Of a stretch of 64,000 bases of DNA, positions 1-14,100 are shown in pieces. This DNA comes from Trichoplax adhaerens. Lineage: Eukaryota; Animalia; Placozoa. The translations under genes were made by a program, and so were the position numbers. Numbering within the stretch: position 1 is the first letter of the stretch; each line of letters begins with the position of its first letter. Location: NCBI RefSeq assembly GCF_000150275.1, contig NW_002060944.1:9574556-9638555 (forward strand), read 5' to 3'. Below the pieces are notes generated by a model. It saw only the letters and a list, made by a program, of their open reading frames with translations. It had not been told where the DNA came from and searched no databases.

Positions 1-1685
1 TTATGAAGCCAATCAAGCAGATGAACTATTTGGTAGGTTTAATCCGGCCATCATTCATCCAGCTTTTGCTGGCTATAGGGAAATAATCGAGCAAGAGGAT
101 GAAAAGGTTTCTCAGCTGTCTGTTGAACTACCAGATTCCAAAACGTGTAAGCTATAAAATAGGACTATCTCTATATCAACTAAATGAACTACCGTACTCC
201 TAAGTCAATTTATTAATATGTACGTACTGCTATATATTTAGTCTTGTATGGATTAATATTTATTATTTCTGATTGTAGTAGCATCTTTTAAACTGAAATT
301 TACGTAATATAAATAATTAGAATAGCTTAAATACTATTATTATATAAAAAGTATAGACTCTCAGCATATACGATTGCTTTAATCATGATAATACATAGGT
401 CCTCCCAAGATATATCTTGAGACGTATATATTTCCAGTTTTAATGCCTGCACTGAGGAATTTGATATTACAGGCAAAGAAAGACCGTGCACTAGAGGTAT
501 CTTGCCAGTAATTAGAAATTTCTATTCTCTTAAATTATTTTCATTGCAATTGAACATAATCCATTTTACGAAAAGCTTCTACGGCAAATTTTATTAAATA
601 ATTTACTTATCTATTGTACTATACTACGTCTGAATTAGGAGAGCAAACTTCAACATTTTTATATTTTACTTTTTAGAGAAGGCGAACTAAACTTAATGCC
701 TTGGAATGGCTGACGGAGTATATTTATAAGTAAGATTGAGTCAGTTTCAACTCGTTTCAATTAATTGATGATGCAGCTCTTGCAATTAAATATGTACGGT
801 TACTTTATTTGACGTATATAGCGGAATAAAGAGTGCTAATAGAACATTTTTAAGCAGTAGTAGCCATTTTGATTAGTTGACGATGATGTAGCTATTGGAA
901 TTTAGTTCAGATATTTGCGTTACTTGATGTATGTCCAGCGTAGTTAAGAGTGCCAATAGGATATTTTTAGACATGCTAGTAACTATTTCACATACTAATT
1001 CACCAGAAATAATCCTAATTACAAAGAAGAAAGAGAAAATATAGCTTTAGATGATATTCCATTCGTGAAGGAGGTGTTAGAAAAACAGTAAGTGTCTAAC
1101 TACAATTATCATCATGCTTATTAAAAATTTTCTTGCGTAAGATTCGGGTTATGAAGGACGCTTTGCGGATGTATGAGGATATATACATATATAATTAACG
1201 CCAGTATTTTCAAATTTAAGCTACGTTATGGAAGATCATTTTACTAATTTTAATTCTCATAGCCCAAGACCACCACTTCCACTGTCTTTACTGCTGAGTG
1301 ATGATGAAGCTGCAACTATCGTCCAGTCCGCATTCAGAGGATATTTGGTATGATAATCTTTAGTAATCACTTCCACAAAGAGTTTAGGTAATTGATTTGA
1401 TATTCGATTCCAAACTCGTAAATTGCTCTTTCTTACTTACCGCAGGTTCGTCGTGATGCTGAAGTGCAAGAGCTACGACAATATCAACGTGAAATGAAAG
1501 AAGTAAGACAAACTTAACTATCGCTTATACTGGTTTTTATCAATAGATGAAAAAATTTCATAGAAAGACATTAAATATGGCTGTATTATATATCATAGAT
1601 TCCTAAGGACAAAATTATATATGAACCAGTAGACTATTGGCTTGAAAATGGTGGTAAAGATAAAAAAAATAATGCAGAATCGTAA
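1..1685 (+). CDS. IQCK: IQ motif-containing protein K-like, 3' exons (5' end lies upstream of the window)
   Basis: Manually spliced GT-AG exons <1-146, 399-496, 677-729, 1007-1087, 1263-1347, 1446-1502, 1599-1685 give ...CPPKIYLETYIFPVLMPAL...RRRTKLNALEWLTEYIYKNNP...[59 protein letters not shown]...*. The IQ motif ([12 protein letters not shown]) and the YLExxIFPVLxP and PRPPxPLSL blocks match IQCK as I know it. The last exon is less certain. Confidence 0.85.
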
Positions 1686-4600
1686 CTAATATTATCACTA
1701 TAGAAGATATAATGAATTTTCTTTACGATACGACAACACTTGATCAAAAAGCATCGTTCAACCGCACGTATTTGTGTAAATAGATTGTTATATACGAATA
1801 TATAGCAATGCTTTACTGTAAAATTATCAACATTTGTATTTGGCTTTATTGCAAGAAATTTTTACTTATTATATTCTATATATATAAAAAATATTGTAAC
1901 ACCATAACATCAATATTTCTCAAGATCATTAGGCCATGATATTAATTTTCATTAAACTCTACGGAAATGTGCATGATATGTTCGTCTTAAATTCAAATTT
2001 TGGGTTTGAATGTGACCCAGTAGATAATGCAACCAATTATAGATGAAATGTGTTGACTAGCAGATTTCAAGCTAGCTTACCTGTAATAAAGTATTGTAAG
2101 GACCATGTCTCGTTTTAAATATCATTTTTATTTGATTGCTGATATACTGAAACAGATGATTATCTTAACTAAACTATAAATACATACAAATTAGAAGTCA
2201 AGTTAGACTTTAATTCAATACTTCCTGATTAAACTGTTGCAAATTAAACAATAACTGACAATTATGGATCGCATACTCTTTGCAGTTAATAAATTAAAAC
2301 CGGTAATTAAGGTTACAAACTGACAAAATCCCTCAGAGTCAAGCCAATGTAAGTAGGGAAAGATTCAAAATCTCATTCCGTATACATTAAATCTTTTATT
2401 ACTCATGGTAGAACATGTTTACAAATTTAAATTTAGCATTGCTATGTTAAATAACAACCAAGCAATCAAAAAAATTAAGTTATAATAACCTAGCTACTGC
2501 CGTACTGCTATTTGGAATCGTACCGCAGTATATTAATAGTTGCAAGAGTATATAGAGTATTTGGGCTGTCGCATCATTGGCCATACTCAACTAAAATGCT
2601 TTATTCTGTCAACTTACTGAAACAGAATTTTATTAAGGATAGTACTACTAAACTATCAGTATTAATATTGTAAAGTATAAATCTTATTATTTATAAACCA
2701 ATATGTACTTAAACAGAGGTATGTCCTAACATAAGGCCTTTATCTACTTTGAAAGTCTTAATTTTCATTTCCATTACTTCAAAAAGATTATATAGTGAAA
2801 AATTTTACCATCGTTGTATTTCTTCACCTTAATCTATAGAATATAGATTTAAACAATTTCTGATACTTGCTTTGATTTAGATGCATTACTTTATGTTTAG
2901 TAATACTTTGTTATAAAGAATTGAATTTAATGTGAACTTCTTTGTTGAAAAAATTTAATTAATAAAATAAAATGGGCACATTTAATAAGTTGCAAATATA
3001 TTACTTTGATATTCAAGAAGAATCTGCGAAATGCAATTTTACAGTTATTATTTCAACAATTAGCGTACATTAAATTTACATAAGATCCAAGACTTTATGT
3101 GAAAGTACGCTTTAGTTGGTACTAAATATCTACAGAGTTACAAGGACTGGTTTATCATAGACTAAAAGTCTGAGACTTTCTTTGCTGGAAGCCTTAGGAA
3201 AAGCTAACTTCTTAATTATAATTTGCAAAGATCTTGGCAATACTAGTGTGGTACTTTATTAAACGAAACGGTAAGTACCATTCTAAGTAAGATGGATCAC
3301 AAGAATAAAAGATCATTCCATCACCGAGTTTTGTATAGTGTACTCTCAGTGTATGCCAGGATCTTGCATCTGTGAAAATTGATATCCATTCGTATGGGTT
3401 GGCATGCTTAAAAATAATACGGCTACCTATTAGTTCTCATAATAAAGTTAAGGAACCTAGTTTGTGTGATATCTTTCTCTGCTAAGGAAATATCTTCTCA
3501 GTTTTACTTTGTCAATAACTTAAGCTACAAGAAGAAAAATTTTGTAATACTTTATTCCGCTGTCCTTCTTCTTTTGTCCTGTAGTGTTTCAGATCGCATT
3601 GTAAGCTCTTAACATATCTTTAAATATAGGTATATATTCTTCTTAATATAAATATCTTTTCAGTCCATTTCAACTATACTGAAATATAGCTTGTTAAGCT
3701 TATTTATTTATAGCATCTACAGTCTTCGCAATTTTCCACAATCGTTTGCTATAACATAATCCATTATGGCATACCTTGCATCTAATTCTAAATTCCTCTT
3801 CTCTGTATGTGCTCTATCTTAAGGACTATAAATACTGATAATTTCTGTCACAGATTTATTAGTTGCACTCGTTAGTGTTAGTATCTGCATACGTTACCTA
3901 CTACAGTTTATACATTGATCTTTGAGCAATCGCTACACTATACGCAGTTGCAATCTACAATATAGTATTCATTTTTCTGATAAAACTCCTTATATAATTA
4001 TGTTATCAACTTGGTTCTACTCAAAACATCAAATATGCTAACAATGGCTTCTAGTAAGGTAAGCAATTTTAAGCTACATCCTGTACGACATAAGCTTTGC
4101 AGTCCATAAAGGTCCTAATACATTTTTATTATAAACTACAGCATCGCACTATCTAAGACTATTAGCAGTCACAAACAACCTAGATTTAATGAAGCTAGAA
4201 CTGCACAATACTGCTAATTTGGCTGCTGAGATACTGTAATATGCAAGCATTATCTAATAAAAGGCACAATAATTCACTTTCACATAAGATTAGTATCTAA
4301 GTCATTACGCATTAAGTGCCGGCAATGATTTATTTGAATACCTTTATCTAATAAAGATGATTGAATTAAAATTTTTTCTATCTACTAGACAATTTACAGT
4401 ATATATGTCTCTGTAGTTCAACACTATTCAAATACTAATATACTTAATGCGCCATATATCAATCAAAATTTTACGGACTATGCAGTTATACTAAATAACG
4501 TAGTGTAACAATGCTGAATTGTGGCATGCAAATTCAATTTATAAATATCTCTTTAGTTCACTGTTACGCTAATACTAGCCCTACAACCCGTCACTTTGCT

Positions 4601-5599
4601 GTGTTAGCATGAGCCTAGTCTTGCTTGAAACTTGACATGATCTGCAACATCTTTATTTATAATATCACTTTTAACCTGTTAAAGTATATTACAGTGTTCT
4701 ATATATACCTTACAGTCTTACAGTTGCCAAGCCTGCGGTATAACATATTGCAGTTACAGTAGTAGAGCCTGTTGCCTTAGTGTAAATGTCGTGGTTTAAG
4801 TAACATAAGTAATTATTTACGACAAAACTAGGTCGTAACAACATGTCATTCAATATTTTATGTACTAATCAGTTATACTTAATAATACATTATAACAATG
4901 CTCTAATGTGGCTTACAAAATTAATTTATAAATATCTCTGTAGTTCACCATCTAAAGACGAATAGATCTAATATACTACATATCTGTAGTGCCGCGTAAA
5001 TTTTAAGGTTCCTTCAGTATTAACTAATTAAGTAATACTCTAGTGATAAGTACTTGGTATTATAGAAATAATAGTAATCCGTATGGCGATTCTGCAGTCC
5101 TAAGTACTTATCAGGATAATTATCCGGTTTATCTTAGCCAGGTGTCTTTTAAACAACGTTCTGTATTAAAACAGCACCCTCATACGAAATTGGCAACGGG
5201 AATAATCAATAATTACGAATTATTTGGAGTTCAGAATTTTGTCACGATCCAATGGTGTACCAATACTGTCTCACTTTGACTCACTTACGATAGTTACTCC
5301 ACAAAAGAGAGCAGTGTTAATCTGCAATAAAACTTATCGAAATCTTATGCAGAACCATGGTACTCTGCAATACTTATTTAAACTAGGGCAGGTTCCTGCG
5401 GTAAAATATAATAGGACATTGTTACGAGCTAGGAATAGACCTAGCTTGCAACAAGGATTGAAAGAGTGATTTCTACCCTTTGTTACTGTTAGTTGGAATA
5501 CCAGACAATTGGTATTCCAAGGCAGATAAGGTTTAAGACAGGGAGACCTTCAAGACTTACTAGAAAATCACAATCTAATTTATTGTCGGCGAACTCGCC

Positions 5600-5950
5600 G
5601 TTTATATAGGTTTCCCACCTAAAACCAGTTTAGCTACACAAATGACCTCGTCTATTAGAAATTAACCAAATTAATGCTCTAAAGAAATTCTATCTGCACA
5701 GATTAGGTACAGTCTAATTCTATTAAATTTACTATAATAGCATTAAAAAAATCAACGGTTATTAATAGTTTTACATATACATATAAAGCTATCCCACTAA
5801 GACATTTCCTCTAAAATTAGCAATTGTACTTTGAACCTTAATAACTATGGAGGTGATAGAAATGATCCATTTTAGATGGTTGGCAATTACTATTTTAGTC
5901 TATGTAATCCTAAATTAAGGATATTAACTGTTAACCACTAAAATTACAAT
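5600..5950. repeat. Interspersed repeat shared with ~50590-50940 (old element, boundaries unclear)
   Basis: AAACCAGTTTA..ACCTCGTCT.TTAGAAATTA.CCAAA.TAATGCTCTAAA and GGTGATAG...GCAATTACTATTTTAGT occur in the same order in both places. Confidence 0.6.
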
Positions 5951-5995
5951 TAAGGAGACCGTAAAAGATTTCTGAGATCTAAACATATATAGAAC

Positions 5996-6625
5996 TGTTA
6001 CAGTGTTATATACTGTATTAGAGTAGAAATATCTATGCTAGGATAATTCTGTTAGACTATCCTTATTTAGTTAACTTATAATTTGGATATACTGTGTTTT
6101 AATATAGCACTGACTTTTTATGACAGTGACACTTATACACATACTGAAATTAATAGTTATAATAGGGAATGCAAATCATCTACTTACAGTTCGAATCATT
6201 GTGATTGTAACTTACTTATGGTAGACTGTAAATTATCATGGAAATGTTCCGTGATAGGGCATATCGTAATCTGACTATTCTGTATTAGTCATTACATGTC
6301 TATATTCGTAAATACTGTTGTCTGCATTTAGGGAGCAGTAGCTAAAAATAATATCTAATTCAGTAAATGATTCTAATGTTAATTGTATTAACTATGACTC
6401 ATGAACTATTGAGGAGTAGTATATAAATGCAGTATATCGTGAAATAAAGAGAATTCCCCAACTTAGTGTTTAACGTAAAATACGAGGCGTTTAAGTCTTT
6501 GTGTAGTCTGCTAGTAGAGCAAAAGTGTTTGTGATAGTGCAGATATCGTTCCTTGATACGTGGTTCAAGGAATTGACTTATTGATCGTATATTGCGTTAT
6601 CTTGTTGCAAAGCTGTTTTGTGACA
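5996..6625. mobile_element. Solo LTR, family A (630 bp)
   Basis: TGTTA...TGACA termini, 5-bp TSD AGAAC (5991-5995 / 6626-6630); highly similar copies at 32771, 35345 and 22582. Confidence 0.9.
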
Positions 6626-8026
6626 AGAACGTAACATGAAAATTAAGTATACGTCGAAGATTACTTTCGTGGCAGACATGAAGACAGGTGTAGCAAACAG
6701 CATCATTTAAATAAAATAAATCAATAATATAATTGATTAAAAGAATAGAAAAATTAGTTAGTAAACAAATCAAATTAAAAATAGTAATCAACTGTAATTA
6801 GGACAATAATATAAATAGGTAAGAAGCCGAGAGTACGCCTCTATCTCGAAGTTAGGAAATGAAGATTTAATAAAAAGAAAATAATTATGTGACCGCTGCG
6901 CATATGTAATTTAATGTCTATACTAAATATACCTAATAAATTACGAATAAGATGAAAAGAAAACGTAATCCAAAAACTTGGAGTTATTTATAATTATGTC
7001 TACGAAATTGTTTTAAATGAAGAGAAGATATTATAAGAAGAAATGTTCATTCTATAATTACGAATAGGACAAACCTGTACTTACGCTTTGAAAGCCAATT
7101 ATTTTCTCTTAGTCTAGAAAAGACGATAAAATTCTACTAATATGCTTATGCTTTATATTTTCTATCAATAAGACTAGTGTATCAATGTCTATTGATTATA
7201 GTGTCTATTTTTCGTCCTTAATTATTTTAAGCTGTGTATCTTGAATGCCACGCCTTCTAATATAATGATAATATTGTAAAAGACTAAAAGCTCTAGTACC
7301 CATTGCTTTCTGTATTCGAAAGACTCATCTTGCAACGTAAAGGCAATTTTTAGTTATGCTAGAGCCTAAAAGAATATTGCTGTAGGAATACTCGGTATTT
7401 AAAAGTAATTGTAAGATCACCAAAGATTGTTCGATATCATAGGAAGGCAAATTCATGGATGAAGCTTTTTTTGCTTTTGTAAAGGATAATAGATTAAAAC
7501 AAGTAAATTCCTATTCTAGTAATAACCAAATAGCTGTTATTAACTCTGTTAAGATAGTGCATTCGTGAAAACATCAACCGAGTCATGGGACCCTTTAATA
7601 CTAGTTTTCTTTTAACAAGGCAATTCCAATACGCAGTAAAATTAATTTTTATTAAATTCAATATATTTTATTTCTTACACAATTTCCTAAATACAAAATT
7701 AGCGATAATAATGCTATATCAGTATTCCTTTAAAGAATTTGGCAGTTTATGTGAAGAAAAATTGGTTATTTACTATTAACCTAAGATAAACGCAATAAAG
7801 CCTCAGTGAATCAAAATGCTCGTAAAAACTATAAATTTAGTTTGACTCTTGTGCGCACATACATAGAAAAAGCTTTCAAAATATATAATTTTTTAGTAAA
7901 GAAATATCTTACTAGATAAAGTAGCCAGATAAAATGTATTATCATGATTATTGATCTTCTTATAAGGATACTAACATTATCTGCAATTGAATTACTTTAC
8001 ATACATGCCAGCTATTAGTACACTGG

Positions 8027-8114
8027 ATGACTTCTACAAGATTGATGATGATGAAGATATCAATCATATCGATTTGTTACATCATTTTGCAATTTAACCT
8101 TTTACAAGCATCAG
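8027..8114 (+). CDS. LRR-GPCR exon 1 (signal peptide)
   Basis: ATG at 8027, hydrophobic core ISIISICYIILQFNLLQAS, donor G|GTATGA in phase 1, compatible with the LRRNT exon. Confidence 0.7.
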
Positions 8115-11100
8115 GTATGAATAACATCTTTTACTTATAGTTCATTATTCAGAATTCTATTGATTACATAGAGAAATAGCGTAAATTAGCTTTTTGTTAG
8201 ATATCATTATAAGATATTATTCGTAACTTGCATACTCAGAAAAGCTACGGTAAAAGGAGTATATTAGAGCTTAAATATTTTTACGTGAATTTATAGTGCT
8301 ATTGATATGTTCTGAATTAATAATGCTAGAAGAGATTAATAGACTTATTCTAATAAAACCCTGAGTTATTAGTTTGAGATTGTGCTGTAATGATAAATTA
8401 CTACATACGTGCGTTGTTGTACTTTATTAATTACTTTATGAAATTTCTAATTGGTAATATGATACTGTACAATCAATTGAAATGAAGTATCTTTTCATTT
8501 ACCGCTTGGAGCGAGCTGCGTTCAAGATTTCATTTTGACTTCATTTCATCTCTTACGTGTATCTTCAGTCAAGTAAAATTTCTTTTTCTGTTAAAGTGGA
8601 ACTTTAGTATCAATTACAAATCTAGAGTACTGATAGCTCAAATCTGCATTGCAAGGCTCCATTTTTGCATTACTCTCAATAATATAGTCATAGTTGTGTG
8701 TATACATAACTAGTTTGAATGAATAAGTAATCTTGGTTCCCAACACTATCTGCCATTATTTACTTCGTAGGAAATATTAGTTTCGTTTAGAGGGTAAGAT
8801 ATATCCATTCTATTGAAAATATATAAGTCCAGGATCAAATATCGCCTCCATTATGAAACAGATGGTAGAATTACCCTAGACGTTTTAAAGCAACAATAGT
8901 AAAGTCTGCAAAAAGTGAAAATCAAAATTAAAGTAATAAATACCATAAAGTAAAAGTACTTTCGAATCGTAAAATTATGATGTGGTTTTGAAGCGTTACA
9001 TTATTAACATCACAAGTGAAAAGGGGCTAGCAGGGATCAATAGTATCAAGTAATAACACATTATTTTATGTAACTTTCTTATTATTGACACATAAAATCG
9101 TTCTTGTGCTCTAGTTTCAGAGTTTTGCTAATTTAATCGCTTAGTTGCAGTATTTTGCATGTATAACGAAGTGATACTTTTGATAATAGACTTATAATCC
9201 TTCGATATTAGTAGGCATTATTACTAGCAAGTTAAGAGGCTACGAGCAGTTTCTCATCATCCTTCTGAAAATCTTTCAATAATGATTAATTGTAAGCGTA
9301 CTTAAATCGATGTGCCAATTAAAATCGGCGGCAATTGCTAACTTTATATACGCGTACATGATGAAAAGGATGCATTACATTTACAGAACCTAACACCGAA
9401 CTCCTAAGGCTAAAATTTTGATTAAATATTAAACCAGTTATCAAATTCTGATGTTCATATACAAACGTAATATTGAAAAGTTGTCTCGCTTTTACTGTAT
9501 CAGCATAATTATGGTTATTTTGTCATTCTAGGGTCAGCTTTCGCTATATCCTTACTTAATGAAAGTTAATTATTACCAAAGATAAATCCTAGTACAAATA
9601 GATAAGGAATTTATGCTTGATATTATAGATTTACATATTGATTCTCGATATCTATTCACACTTTGGTGTTGATTACCTCTAAGATTAGCCGTGTATCTAT
9701 AGCAGATACTTCACTGCTTATAGTTCTCACTAAGCAATTATGAAGCGCGCGATAGTTATGTATTGCAATCTAATATTTAGATAGCAGTTCTGTCATACGA
9801 TATGTCAGTAGAAATTTTCGAATTGCCGTAGTTATACCCGTATGCTGTATAAAATTTGATCAAATGGGCTGCTATTAACATTCCTTAGTATTTTAGCACA
9901 CTCCTTTAAATAAAACAATATAAATTGAACGTCAGTATATTTAATGTCAATAAAATAACTAAGTTTAAGTTAATCAATCTACCTAGAGCCGCAATGTCCT
10001 CAAGAATGCCGTTGTCGAAGCAGAACCACCATAACTTGCTGCAATTCACTCATCGTCAAATTTCCAGTCACAAATATACCTATGGTTAATGTTACTGAAT
10101 TGTACGTACATAGCAATATCTTTTGGAGTACTTCCTTTAAATAATTAATATATCGCAATTAGCATGGATAGCTTTTTTATGTTTCTTATTTATTTCACAA
10201 AAGTGAGGATCCTAACCAATAAACAACGCTCCTTAAATTCAGTAACCTTAACGTTCTAATTTCTAATTGGCAAATTATTTACTATGCAATTTATGTTACG
10301 GCAAAGAAATATTTCTACAACAAGAATTCGAAGAATCCAGGATAATGATCTATATAACTATCCAAATCTGATGATATTGTAAGGAAATCAACAATTATCA
10401 TATTACCATCCACTTACGTACAATCTGTGCAATTTGCGTACTATTCATTTAGCTAATGAAAAGAAAATGATATTAACCTACTATTTTATTATTTTAGAAA
10501 ATTATCACATAATAAAATTGAACGCATTAATGACAAAGCTTTCGCAAACTTTACAAAGCTGCGATCAATGTGAGCAATTTTGAGATAACATGCTTGAATA
10601 TTCCTTATAACTTAGAAGTTGGTTTCCTTTTATTTATAATGTCGCAATAATCTATGATATTAAACTGTAGAGCAGCAAAGTATTAAATAGTAAATTTTTT
10701 TGCTATATTAAGCACAGCATCCTTCAGATTTTAAACCGTTATCATCCAAAAATACGTAACTAATTGATTACAATCTACCTAGTTGTAACATAACAGACAA
10801 ATGTTGCCGTTTTAATTGTAGCTGCAAATGCAAAAGGCACGAGTAAATCAACCAGTAAACTTAAGATAACTAAGTAAATACTTTCTAAGCTCTTAAGGGC
10901 TAGAGCGGAGTAACGAGTAATAATATCTTCGTTTCGTTAGTTAATGAACATATATCCTAATTTTTCAACAATACTTTCGAAATTTTTGGCACATACTATA
11001 TTAATTAATCATTAGACAGCTGTATGAGTTAATCTGCTTTCATTTTTGCATTAATATCTGTACTGTAAATTGATGCAGGTGGCTGTTAGGAAATTTGCTG

Positions 11101-14100
11101 CATTATTTAAGCTCCGTACGAATATTTCAAGGGTTATCAAACTTGAAATACTTGTAAGCAACATGTATTGTAATCATAGGTCTCAAAAATGAATAGTTGT
11201 ATTTCTATTTTTATACCGGCAATAAATGAGTAAGCTTAGACTAGACATAATGACAGAAATTTCTATGACCTTTGTAAAGTGATGGTAGTATTAGTCAGCC
11301 ACTGGTTCAATTGTAAATTTGTATTAGAAACATAATCTTACACTGTTCCTGAACATTTGACTACTACTAATTTACGATAATACTAAGTTCTCATCTTACG
11401 ATAAAGTAATACAAGCAGCACCTAGGAGATATTAAACTATAGCGTTAAAACTTTACTGCCCTACGATGATACTAAGAAACTCATGTTACCGTAAAGTATT
11501 ACTAGCAGCATCTAGAAGATATAGGACTTTATCGTTAAACCTGTAAATCATAAAGAAGGCTTAATATTCATTTACCTGCTTCGAGTAAAAAATATATGAC
11601 AAGAAATTTAATTGTGATTAATTAGATATTTAAATGATAATAAGATGGAAAAGATTGCGGACGGAGTGTTTGCGGATTTGGGTAATCTAGAAACGCTGTA
11701 AGTTGTTATAACACGATGTTATGTTCCATTGATAAATTTATTGCAATTTGTGAATAGTGTTCTTTGATACTTAAAGCCATCATCATCCTATGCTGTAACC
11801 TGCATATTTTATTCTTGTACTATATGTATATGTATACCATATTATTTGTGAAATAATTGCTTAAATCATATCATGTATACTTGTTACAGAGATTTGTCTG
11901 GGAATTTACTAAAGGTTCTAGCTTCTCCAAGGATGCTCGGGGGATTATCGAATTTGACTGAGCTGTAAGCAAGACATACATTTACATACAAAAACGAGCC
12001 ATATAGCCCCAAAATCACTTTGAGTAGCTTCTTAATTATAGATTGCATGCTTTAAATTTATCTGTTACTGCCATGTATAGTTACTGTATAATTAATTATG
12101 ACAATTATCATGGACTTGTCTATTCAGGCCGACAGTTAAGAGATTTATAATATTTAGAAAAATCGGATTAATTTTGTTTATAAGAAAACTATACACAATG
12201 TTTTTGCTATTTTGAATAATGTTAAAGTCATACATGTGTATAATATGAATAATCCTTATAAGAAATGTATGTATAATGATAATAAATTTTTAGCGATGAT
12301 CTAATTAAATCTAGATACCTTCATAAAAGTAAGATTGAGAAGATTGGGGATGAAGTTTTTGCAAGTTTACCTAAATTACAAATATTGTAAGTTCTGGCAA
12401 GGGATATCAGAAATTGTTACTTGAACACGTTATATTTTAAGTTTTAGAGTTTACCGAAGAATATTAAAGAAAAGTCTTTGTAATAGTTTATAAATATGTT
12501 TATCGTTTCTTTTCCGAAAAAGTAATTAAAATGCATTAATGCTTATAACTAACTGATGTAGATGGCTTAATGAAAATTTGTTGAGTGCATTAGCTACTCT
12601 AAAAATCTTCAAAGGATTGAAAAGTTTGAAAACATTGTAAGTGAGAGAAACTTTAATTTCCGGAAATAAGCATTTGATTAAAGAAAGATTAAGATGCTTG
12701 ATAGTCATTGGTTAAAATAAATTAATATTTAGTATTTCACGTCTTCTATGTGCAACGCTATTGCATTATAACAAGTACATTAAAATACAGGTGTAGAAAT
12801 AACCTTTTAATAACATGCAATTGAAAATCATTTTCCGTTTTAGATACTTAGGCAACAATAAAATACAGAGAATTAGCGATGGAGTATTTGCTGGTCTAAA
12901 TAGTTTACGGACACTGTAAGTTATTACATGGTTACTTCAATACTAATGAAAGAACATTAAATTGCAATTTAAGGTGCACAGTGCAGCATAGCTTCATCAG
13001 TTTATGTAATTGCTGTAATAGTATGCTCTGAGTACACTTAGTTCATCTGGCTATGTAGAATTGCTTTTGAATGATTTTATACTAATAATTGATGTAGAAA
13101 ATTAAATGGAAATTTATTGACTGCTTTAACCTCCCTAAAACTATTCAAAGGACTATCAAATTTGGAATCACTGTAAGTTTTAAATAATTTAGGCGTACAT
13201 TTAAAAATTATTAGTGCCAGTATATTACTTAAAATAAACATTAGATAATTTAATTAAACAGACCTTTCGAAACTACTTGAGTATTACTGATATCTAGTGC
13301 TTCTGCGCTATGGCTCTCTTATATGAATTCCTGGTATTTATATTTCATTCTACAGTGAAGAGCTGATGAAAAGTAATAAGTTATTATTTTGCAATATATT
13401 AGAGATATCATTAAAATAAAAGTATCGACTTGTCACAACCCTCACTTGTGGCAAAGGAAAGTAAAGAACTCTAGTGTAGTTACTTAAAACTTGGGCTATT
13501 TCTCCCAGTACTTTCAGTTTCTATGAGAGAAGTATTTGAGAACTCGATTTCTCGGCTGATCTCCACAGACAACTGACTAATTATTACACTATTCTTCACG
13601 ATATGAGTCTTGTCGTTTCTTGAGCAATTACTAACTTTATTCTACAACACACGCGCTTAAATAGGTTTCTACAGTGAATTCCAATATTAACGAGTGAGAA
13701 TTCATGCTTTACAAGTTACATTAATTAGTATAATACCATTACTAAATATACATGTCGATATTCTCAGACTTAGATAGCTACAAGCTATCAGGTGTTAAAA
13801 CGCTTAAACTTCGTCCATATACGGCTCAATTTTTAGAGATTAACACACCTAATAAACCTACAGTAAATTAACTGCTAACAACTTCTTTTTTTATCTCATT
13901 TCTACCATCCTATTATCAGCTACAAGCGCATTAAACATAGCACATAACCTTATATTATCTATTCAGAAGCATTCATTAATCAACAGTTACTTAATTAGTA
14001 ACGGCGTACCGTGACGCACGACTAAATTACGTTAGTTGCGATGGTCTTGCTCACCACCTCTAAGTAGTTATACACACGTCAAGTTTTACATTTGAGTGAC

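Noticed and set aside
5240-6674. Larger TGTCACGA...TCGTGGCA-bounded element enclosing the LTR-A copy
   Set aside because: The termini look LTR-like but the flanks do not form a TSD, so the boundaries cannot be supported.
5043-7779. Short ORFs 5043-5469, 6083-6274, 6597-6791, 7585-7779
   Set aside because: They lie in or near LTR/repeat sequence, mostly have non-ATG starts, and show no recognisable domain.
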